From an uncultured Gemmatimonadales bacterium (lineage in GTDB: Bacteria; Gemmatimonadota; Gemmatimonadetes; Gemmatimonadales; GWC2-71-9), in contig CAVSEC010000020.1 of assembly GCA_963726955.1 (NCBI GenBank), positions 6,377 to 70,376 of the forward strand: a stretch of 64,000 bases of DNA, read 5' to 3'. A model generated the notes under the pieces. It had not been told where the DNA came from and made no database searches. It saw nothing but the letters and a program-made list of their open reading frames with translations. Position 1 is the first letter of the stretch, and each line of letters starts with the position of its first letter. The position numbers and the translations under genes are program-made. Below, piece after piece: positions 57,176 to 64,000 of this stretch.

Positions 57176-57451
57176 CTAGGAGGACAACATTCCCCTGGGA
57201 GCATGCCGATCGAGACGGCGAGTACGCATGCCCATCCAGCTGCCATGGCGGGGGAGACCGCCCCGGAAGGCGAAGGAGACTGCGGGCAGAATTCGGGTGG
57301 TGAACTCGACGTCACGGCCCTCACGGACAATCCGGGTCCCTTTGACGAGGCCCGCGACCGCGGCGGCGGTGTACCAGCGCCCGGGAACCAGGGCAGGGTA
57401 GGCGTCTGCAAAGGCCTGCTTCAATCGGACCTCGCGAACCATGGGCTGCAT
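57176..57451 (-). CDS. Small hypothetical protein
   Basis: REVRLKQAFADAYPALVPGRWYTA...RILPAVSFAFRGG; protein-like composition, fills an intergenic gap. Confidence 0.6.
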   Translation of the reverse strand: MQPMVREVRLKQAFADAYPALVPGRWYTAAAVAGLVKGTRIVREGRDVEFTTRILPAVSFAFRGGLPRHGSWMGMRTRRLDRHAPRGMLSS

Positions 57452-57532
57452 TGGGGCTCCGGATGCCTGGGTGCACGGAGGGTACCCAGACGAGGGTCAA
57501 GCCATCATGAGAGATGGATGAAGAGCTGCTGG

Positions 57533-57985
57533 CTAACGGAACAGATGCGCGAAGCGCCTCTTGAACTCCACCTTGCGCTCCTCCTCCGTCGCCCCGCTGA
57601 GACCGGCGCACCGATGCGCGGCGTGGGCATCCCATCCCTCCGGCCAGGAGACGAAGATCTTGTCATCGCATCCGGGGCACCGCACCCGCCGCTCGGCCAC
57701 GGCGGCCGCCGTCAGCACATTCGCGTTGACAATTGCATCGGCGACGATCTCCGGAATCGGCGGAATGATCATCAACTCTGGCTGCGCCAGCCGGGAGTTG
57801 AAGCACCGCTCGTGGCAGTAGTGCTCGAACATGGCCCGCTCCCGCCCCTCGCCGGGGCGCTCCAGCCAGATGCGACAGGGCTCGGTCGCGCTGTTGCGAA
57901 TCTCCCGTCCGCAGAAACAGCACGGCTCCCAGTGATATTCGGCCCGGTGCGGTTTGAGTGCGGCGAGCAGTTCCTGGACACCCAT
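57533..57985 (-). CDS. Cys/His-rich hypothetical protein (two putative Zn sites)
   Basis: SD GGAGG before ATG 57985; CCFC...HYCHERC and CPGC...HAAHRC. Confidence 0.7.
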   Translation of the reverse strand: MGVQELLAALKPHRAEYHWEPCCFCGREIRNSATEPCRIWLERPGEGRERAMFEHYCHERCFNSRLAQPELMIIPPIPEIVADAIVNANVLTAAAVAERRVRCPGCDDKIFVSWPEGWDAHAAHRCAGLSGATEEERKVEFKRRFAHLFR

Positions 57986-58146
57986 CGGAACCTCCAGACA
58001 GCGGATGGCCTGCGACTGACCGCCTAGACGCCGCAGTGAGCGCCTCGACACGACACAAGGCACGCGCACAAGTATACCGGGAATGTTGCGGGAGGCCCTC
58101 GCCCGAAATACGCCGGCGGACGACTCGCCCTGCGGCACCTGGGACG

Positions 58147-58605
58147 CTACGCTCCTGGCGGCACCGTCCCCATCCGGCGAAGCCGCCACCCACCATGCCC
58201 ATCGCGTAGCCAGAGGATCCGGAAGCCACCCTGGGCGACAACGGTATCGCCGACGGGGAGCTGCACCTGCTGCCAATATCGCCCGGTCTGTAGCGCCGAG
58301 TCGCCGTGCACATCGAGGGTGGCGGCGGTCATGGTATCCGCGAGGACGTGATAGGCACTGAACGATCCGAGAAAGGCCCGGATCGCGCCTGGCCCGACGA
58401 TCGGCGGGCGACGGGCATCGACCAGCTCGCCGTCATCGGTGAACAACCCGGCGATGCTGTCGCTTGCCTGTCGTCGCAACAGGCCGGCGTACCGCTCCAG
58501 CGCGGCCGCGACGCTTCCGGAATCCGCAGCTGTCTGCGCCGCCACGGCCGGTGTGCCTGCCGCGACGACCAGCATGAGCAGGGCGAGGACCCGGAAGCGT
58601 CCCAC
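58147..58605 (-). CDS. Secreted NTF2-like (SnoaL/DUF4440) protein
   Basis: Signal peptide; IAGLFTDDGELV...IVGPGAIRAF...GDSALQTGRY...DGHGGWRL. Confidence 0.82.
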   Translation of the reverse strand: MGRFRVLALLMLVVAAGTPAVAAQTAADSGSVAAALERYAGLLRRQASDSIAGLFTDDGELVDARRPPIVGPGAIRAFLGSFSAYHVLADTMTAATLDVHGDSALQTGRYWQQVQLPVGDTVVAQGGFRILWLRDGHGGWRLRRMGTVPPGA

Positions 58606-58608
58606 CAG

Positions 58609-59073
58609 CTAGTTCCCCGCTGGCTTGGCGGACTGGGGGTCGTCCTGCGGGTTCACGTACGTCATTCCGAACGGGCCCATCGCCGTCACTGCAACGATCG
58701 TCGCGCCCTTCGCGACGGCGAAGTGGTGCATCATCGCAGGCACCGTTCCCGTATCACCCACCACCATCGGCTGGATACCCTTGATATCGAGCTGGTCTCC
58801 CATCCCCACCAGGAGTGCACCCTGCTTGATCTGAACCACCTCATCGGTCGGGTGAAAGTGCGGCGGGATGCGGTAGCCATCGGGCATCGAGAGTTGAATG
58901 GTGAAGGTCTCGGCCTTGCCAGGGTCACCACTCACGACGGCCATCTGCGCACCTTTGGGAAAGACGGCGGGCGCCGGCCCCCACTGGAGCGTTGCCGTCG
59001 CGGGGGCGCTCTGCGCGGAGAGGGCTGACGCGAAGACGGTCAAACCGAGGAGGGGGGCGAGGAATCGACGCAT
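58609..59073 (-). CDS. Secreted cupin-domain protein (DUF4437-like)
   Basis: WGPAPAVFPKGAQMAVVSGDP...PDGYRIPPHFHPTDE...MHHFA...GPFGMTYVNP. Confidence 0.88.
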   Translation of the reverse strand: MRRFLAPLLGLTVFASALSAQSAPATATLQWGPAPAVFPKGAQMAVVSGDPGKAETFTIQLSMPDGYRIPPHFHPTDEVVQIKQGALLVGMGDQLDIKGIQPMVVGDTGTVPAMMHHFAVAKGATIVAVTAMGPFGMTYVNPQDDPQSAKPAGN

Positions 59074-59261
59074 CGGGGCTTCCTGAAAGAGGGGACAATC
59101 AACATGGAGTGCGGAACCGATGAAAGGTAGGCCCAAGACCCCATCCGCTACAGGCGACCAGAACCCTGTGCCCGATCCGCCAGCGCGCCGCAACACCGTC
59201 CCACGACATCCGGGGAAACCCAACTGGCGCCCCAATCCGCCCCGCCGTATCGTCCCACGCC

Positions 59262-60401
59262 ATGCTATGCCATCTCCCTGGCCGGATCCCGGCCACCACC
59301 GCGCTCCGCATCCTGCTCCGGCACGCCGGGGTCGAGTACTCCGAGCCGCTGCTTTTCCTGCTCGCCGGAGGCATCGGCGCCGGGGTCTTCTCGTTTGTCT
59401 ATGAAAAGGAGGATCACGCCTCGCTCTTCCTCGCCGGCCGCCACCTCTGGGCTGACGACCAGGCTTATCTCACAGCCGCCGCCAAGCGACTCGGCTTCCG
59501 GGCCGTGGTGAAAGAGACCACCTCGCCCAAGGTGGGAGAGGAACAGCTCCGGGCCGCCCTTGACGAGGGTCACCCGGTGATCGCCTGGGTCGATCTCGCC
59601 CACCTGCCGCACCGCGCCGCCCCGGCGAGGTTTTCTGGCGGCGGCTATCACGTCGTCACCGTCCATGCGGTTACCGGCGCCGACGCCCTGATCGGCGATC
59701 TGGCCCCGGAGCCGATCTCGATTCCGCTCCGCGACCTGGGCATCTCCCGGCAGCGCATCGCCAAGCAGCGGAATCGCCTGTTCTGGCTCGAACGCGCCAA
59801 GAGCACCGGCAAGCCCGCGACGCAGCAGGCGCTCATCGCCGACGCCCTCACGGCGTGTGTCACCACGCTCGCCAGAGCGAAGATGACCAATTTCCGGCTC
59901 GACGCCTTTCGTGAGCTTGCCGACCGGATGGCCGGCACAAACAAGGAGAGCTGGGCCCAGATGTTCCCTCCCGGCCCACGGATGTGGACCGCACTCACCT
60001 CCGTTCACGACTGCGTCGCCAACTATTTCACCGGCGGGGGTCTCTGTCGCAGCATCTTTGCCGATGGCCTGCGCGAGGCGGGCCGCGACGTTTCCGCTGA
60101 TCGCTACGCCGCGCTTGGCGCACACTGGAGCAGCGTCGCGGAGCTGGCGCTCCCACGGGGACACGCGGCGTGCAAGGAGGCGAGTGAACTTCTCGACCGG
60201 AAGGCGGAGCTGACACGGAGCAATGGGCCGGTGAACGAGATCCGCGCCTGCTGGGAGCGCCTCGACCGGCTTGCCACCGAAGCCCGAAAGCGCTTCCCGC
60301 TGCCCGCGGCCGAAGCGGCGGCGCTCCGCGGTGAACTCGCGCACCGGATTGGAACCCTCCACGCGGAGGAAACCGCGGCGCTCGCCACACTCAGCTCCTG
60401 A
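59262..60401 (+). CDS. BtrH N-terminal/DUF4872-like protein
   Basis: YSEPLLFLLAGGIG, GHPVIAWVDLAHLP, GYHVVTV, LIGD, GGGLCRSIFADGLREA. Confidence 0.75.
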   Translation: MLCHLPGRIPATTALRILLRHAGVEYSEPLLFLLAGGIGAGVFSFVYEKEDHASLFLAGRHLWADDQAYLTAAAKRLGFRAVVKETTSPKVGEEQLRAALDEGHPVIAWVDLAHLPHRAAPARFSGGGYHVVTVHAVTGADALIGDLAPEPISIPLRDLGISRQRIAKQRNRLFWLERAKSTGKPATQQALIADALTACVTTLARAKMTNFRLDAFRELADRMAGTNKESWAQMFPPGPRMWTALTSVHDCVANYFTGGGLCRSIFADGLREAGRDVSADRYAALGAHWSSVAELALPRGHAACKEASELLDRKAELTRSNGPVNEIRACWERLDRLATEARKRFPLPAAEAAALRGELAHRIGTLHAEETAALATLSS

Positions 60402-60414
60402 ACTAGATTACGGC

Positions 60415-61500
60415 ATGCGATTCTCTCCCGTTGCGGCCGTCGCCGCCCTGCTCGCCGCCTGTGCACCGTACAGTCCTCCCAAGCTGACTGAGCCGCCGCC
60501 AGCCGAACTGCCACCGCCACGCAGCAGTCCCTCGGGGGCGGTCCTGCAGGACCAGATCTCCGGCACAACCGCGCGACTGCAGGCGGTGAGCGTGGTGAAT
60601 GAGAACGTCGTCTGGGCAAGCGGCACCGGCGGCACCTACGCCATCACCGTCAACGGCGGGAAGAGCTGGCGTACCGGCGTCGTGGCCGGCGCCGACAGCC
60701 TTGAATTCCGCGACGTGCAGGGCCTCGATGCGAAGTCCGCCTTCCTGCTCAGCTCAGGCACTGGCACCGCCTCCCGGATCTACCGGACGAGCGATGGCGG
60801 ACAGAACTGGCAGCTCCAGTTCATCAACCGGGATACGCTCGCCTTTTACGACTGCTTTGCCTTCTGGGACCGGAAGAGCGGCATCGCCTGGAGCGACAAC
60901 GTGGGTGGGCGCTTCCCCTATCTCGTCACGGCGGACAGCGGGCAGATCTGGCGGCAGCACTATCTCGACAGCGCCACCACCGGCGAAGGTGCCTTTGCCG
61001 CGAGCGGCACCTGCGTGGCGACCAGCGGCAGTCGGAAAGCGTGGGTCGCAACCGGCGCCGGCACCGCGTCGCACGTGTTCATCACTCTCGATCGCGGCGC
61101 GACCTGGGAACGGTTCAGCACACCCATTGTCCAGGGCACGCCGACCACCGGGCATACGAGCATCACCGTCCGTGGTGACCTCGAGGCGCTCGCCGCAGGC
61201 GGTGACATCGGTGATGCGAAGAGCACCAGCAATCAGGTCACGCTGACCAGGGACGGTGGGAAGAGCTGGACGACGGGCGGATCGCCGACCTTCACGGGCG
61301 CGGTGTTCGGCGTGACCTTCGTTCCCGCCACGGCAGGCAGCGTCGTCGCCGTCGGCCCGGGCGGGGCCAGCCTGTCCAGCGACGACGGGAAGCAGTGGGT
61401 CCAGCTCGACACGCTGAACTACTGGAGTGTCGCCTTTGCGACTCGTCAGGCGGGCTGGCTCGTCGGCCCGAAAGGCCGGATCACCAAAGTCAGCTTCTGA
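60415..61500 (+). CDS. Ycf48/BNR (Asp-box) beta-propeller lipoprotein
   Basis: LLAAC lipobox; repeats TVNGGKSW, TSDGGQNW, TLDRGATW, TRDGGKSW, SSDDGKQW. Confidence 0.9.
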   Translation: MRFSPVAAVAALLAACAPYSPPKLTEPPPAELPPPRSSPSGAVLQDQISGTTARLQAVSVVNENVVWASGTGGTYAITVNGGKSWRTGVVAGADSLEFRDVQGLDAKSAFLLSSGTGTASRIYRTSDGGQNWQLQFINRDTLAFYDCFAFWDRKSGIAWSDNVGGRFPYLVTADSGQIWRQHYLDSATTGEGAFAASGTCVATSGSRKAWVATGAGTASHVFITLDRGATWERFSTPIVQGTPTTGHTSITVRGDLEALAAGGDIGDAKSTSNQVTLTRDGGKSWTTGGSPTFTGAVFGVTFVPATAGSVVAVGPGGASLSSDDGKQWVQLDTLNYWSVAFATRQAGWLVGPKGRITKVSF

Positions 61501-61527
61501 GGCACGCGGTATGCACGGTGCCCGGGC

Positions 61528-61905
61528 ATGCGACCATCGCTGCTTGCCACCACCGCTCTGTTCGGGGCGCTGCTCCTGACTGGGGCCTGCCGCAATGACG
61601 AGAATGATGGCAGTGGCTTCACCAACGGCTGGGTCAGCGCGGGGCGCTCCCGCCACCGCGCCGGAGACGATGGCTCCGATCTTCCGACGCTCCGCGACCA
61701 TCCCGACCCCGCCCTCGAAAATCTGGGTGGCGCCTCAAGCGGCGGCAAACACCGCGCTGCCATGACATTGGACGGTGGCGGCGGGTACGGCGGGAAACCT
61801 GGCTTCACCCTGCCGCCGCCGAGCGCGGCCGCTCGAGCAGCAATCGCACCCCCCCGCTCTGCGCCGAGTACCGCTGCTTCGCGTCACGGCAAGCGCCGAC
61901 CCTGA
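61528..61905 (+). CDS. Putative low-complexity lipoprotein
   Basis: MRPSLLATTALFGALLLTGAC signal peptide/lipobox; the rest is low-complexity. Confidence 0.5.
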   Translation: MRPSLLATTALFGALLLTGACRNDENDGSGFTNGWVSAGRSRHRAGDDGSDLPTLRDHPDPALENLGGASSGGKHRAAMTLDGGGGYGGKPGFTLPPPSAAARAAIAPPRSAPSTAASRHGKRRP

Positions 61906-62094
61906 CGCAGCCGCCGCCGGTCCGCCCCGGTGCCCGGTGGCATGCGCCCTGCCTTCCTCGGTCGCGTCGGCGCGCATGATCCACGCATCCACATGGGTTA
62001 GCGCCGAGAGCGCCCGCCGCCGGGACAATATGTCGGTCATCCTGACCCCGACACGCCACATTGACCCCGCGGCGTACCCGATCTGGAGGAGTGC

Positions 62095-63609
62095 ATGTCC
62101 CTTCCCGCCTGGCCCCGCACCGTCACCGCGATGGTGGCCGCTTCGTTTGCCGCCGGCCTGCTTGTCGCCGGTGTCTTCAACTTGCCCCGTCATTCCGCCG
62201 CTCAGCCCGTCCTCGCCACCGCGCCATCGGCGTCCCCCGGCGGCGCAGCCCTCACCGGCCTCAGCGACGCCTTTGCCGAGATCGCCGATCGGGTGAAGCC
62301 GAGTGTGGTGTATATCGAGAGTACCCACCGCGGGATGCGGGCACCGCACCCGGAGATCCCCCGGGAGTTTCAGCCGTACTTTCACGGTATGCCGGGAGCG
62401 CCTGACAAGCCGGAGGTCTCTCGCGCCTCCGGCTCCGGCTTCATTGTCTCCGACGACGGCGACATCCTCACCAACGCCCACGTCGTGGATGACGCTGATC
62501 GTGTCACGGTGCGTTTGCTCGACCATCGCCAATTCACCGCCGCGGTCATCGGTACCGACCCGACCACCGACGTGGCGCTGATTCATATCGACGCCCGCGG
62601 CCTCACGCCCGCGGCACTCGGCAACAGCGACCAGGCCCGGGTCGGTGAGTGGGTGCTGGCCGTCGGGAACCCGCTGGGGGAGAATCTGTCGTTCACGGTG
62701 ACATCGGGGATCATCAGCGCCAAGGGCCGGACGCTGCAGCTGCCCAATCAGACCGAGCGCAGCATTCAGGATTTCATCCAGACCGACGCCGCCATCAACC
62801 CCGGGAATTCCGGTGGTCCGCTGGTGAACGTGAAGGGTGAGGTCATCGGCATCAACAGCGCCATCGCGAGCGAGACCGGCTTCTACACCGGCTACGGCTT
62901 TGCGATTCCGGTGAATCTGGTTCGCCACGTGATGGAGCAGCTCGCCCATGGCGGCCATGTCCATCGTTCCGCCCTCGGCGTACGCGTCAAGAACGCCAGC
63001 GAGACCGACGCGGAATATGTGGGACTCAGGGAGGTGCGCGGTGTGGTGGTCGAGGACGTCGGCGACGCCGCATCACCGGCCAGGAAGGCCGGCCTGCAGC
63101 AGGGCGACGTGATCGTCGCGATCGACGGCCAGCCGGTGGACTACGTCGGACAGGTGCAGCAATCGATCGTCTTCCGGAAGCCGGGCGAGGAAGTCGCCGT
63201 GGAAGTCGCGCGGAAGGGGGGCGAACACCGCACCCTTCACGTCCGATTGCAGGAATCCACCGAAGCGCCAAACCCGGTGGCGGAGCGGCCGGACACCCCG
63301 GGTGTCGACGATGCCCAGACTGCCAGCAATATCACGCGCCTCGGCCTGACCGTGACGGCGGGGGCCGAGGGGGATCTGCGCGGCGTTGTGGTGACCGAGG
63401 TCGATCCCTCCGGCCCCTGTGCCGACCAGATCGCGAGCCCCGAGCTGGGTGGCCCGGATGTGATTCTCTCCGTGGAGGGCACGCCGGTACGGAAACCGGC
63501 CGACCTGGAGGCAGCCATCCGTTCGGCGGGCCATGGCAGCATCGTGGAGCTTGTCGTGTACAATGCGCCGACGAAGAATCGGCGAATCGAGCGGGTGCGG
63601 GTTCAGTAG
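62095..63609 (+). CDS. htrA: HtrA/DegP-family serine protease with two PDZ domains
   Basis: Catalytic triad LTNAHVV, DVALI and IQTDAAINPGNSGGPL; C-terminal PDZ domains. Confidence 0.95.
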   Translation: MSLPAWPRTVTAMVAASFAAGLLVAGVFNLPRHSAAQPVLATAPSASPGGAALTGLSDAFAEIADRVKPSVVYIESTHRGMRAPHPEIPREFQPYFHGMPGAPDKPEVSRASGSGFIVSDDGDILTNAHVVDDADRVTVRLLDHRQFTAAVIGTDPTTDVALIHIDARGLTPAALGNSDQARVGEWVLAVGNPLGENLSFTVTSGIISAKGRTLQLPNQTERSIQDFIQTDAAINPGNSGGPLVNVKGEVIGINSAIASETGFYTGYGFAIPVNLVRHVMEQLAHGGHVHRSALGVRVKNASETDAEYVGLREVRGVVVEDVGDAASPARKAGLQQGDVIVAIDGQPVDYVGQVQQSIVFRKPGEEVAVEVARKGGEHRTLHVRLQESTEAPNPVAERPDTPGVDDAQTASNITRLGLTVTAGAEGDLRGVVVTEVDPSGPCADQIASPELGGPDVILSVEGTPVRKPADLEAAIRSAGHGSIVELVVYNAPTKNRRIERVRVQ

Positions 63610-63650
63610 CGCCACGCACTCGCGGTGACGCGGGCGAACAAGAAAACAAT

Positions 63651-63690
63651 CGAGGGATCCCTTCAGGCTCTCACCTGGAAGGATCCCTCG
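63651..63690 (-). terminator. Intrinsic terminator between the convergent htrA and FKBP genes
   Basis: cgagggatcccttcagg-ctctca-cctggaaggatccctcg; followed on the minus strand by ATTGTTTTCTTGTT. Confidence 0.75.
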
Positions 63691-63730
63691 TTCATTGCGA
63701 TTCACTCGAATCGGTGGCCCCGGGGGCCCG

Positions 63731-64000
63731 TCACTTGAAGCTGATGAGCTCCACCTCGAAGTGCAGTGTCGCATTCGGTGGAATAGTCGGAGGCGAGCCC
63801 TGGGGCCCGTACGCCAGCTCACCCGGGATCCAGAACTCGTACTTGGCGCCTGCGTTCATCAGGCCAACGCCCTCGGTCCAGCCCGGTATCACCTGGTTGA
63901 GTGGAAAGGAGGCCGGCTGGCCACGCTTGTAGGAGCTGTCGAACTCCTTGCCGTTCAGCAGCATGCCCTTGTAGTGCACCGTGACCGTCGAGGTCTTGCT
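63731..64000 (-). CDS. FKBP-type peptidyl-prolyl isomerase (C-terminal part; start outside the window)
   Basis: [53 protein letters not shown]. Confidence 0.96.
   Translation of the reverse strand, partial: SKTSTVTVHYKGMLLNGKEFDSSYKRGQPASFPLNQVIPGWTEGVGLMNAGAKYEFWIPGELAYGPQGSPPTIPPNATLHFEVELISFK

Overview
High-GC bacterial DNA. The gene content suggests Gemmatimonadota, but this is inferred from protein families only. The left 27 kb is a tandem array on the minus strand of nine paralogous membrane Hanks-type Ser/Thr kinases (K1-K9; K1 runs off the window edge). K2-K9 have a kinase domain, one TM helix and a divergent extracytoplasmic domain: a TolB/PD40 beta-propeller in seven, and TolB_N-like plus TPR-like in one. 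One PP2C phosphatase, a four-domain multicopper oxidase and an inverted MFS gene interrupt the array. Kinase-domain subtypes do not match sensor-domain subtypes, which suggests domain shuffling. Three kinases carry an in-frame 8-bp tandem repeat of variable copy number inside the kinase N-lobe. Next come an LVIVD/DUF305 pair and an ECF43-type sigma factor with its TPR kinase and a divergent SBP56-family gene; the same bipartite DNA motif lies upstream of both the kinase and the SBP56 gene. The right half holds a cyclase, a serine hydrolase, a ~2860-aa cyclic beta-1,2-glucan synthase (one frameshift), small stress/membrane proteins, two NarL-type regulators (one a pseudo-receiver), a fatty-acid desaturase, a MocR/cupin/AhpD unit, a GT39-like glycosyltransferase, small hypotheticals, BtrH-like and Ycf48-like proteins, HtrA and a partial FKBP. 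Many single-base indels at ~1.0-2.3 kb and ~4.6-8.2 kb are probably sequencing errors. I saw no rRNA, tRNA, CRISPR array, integrase, transposase or reverse transcriptase.
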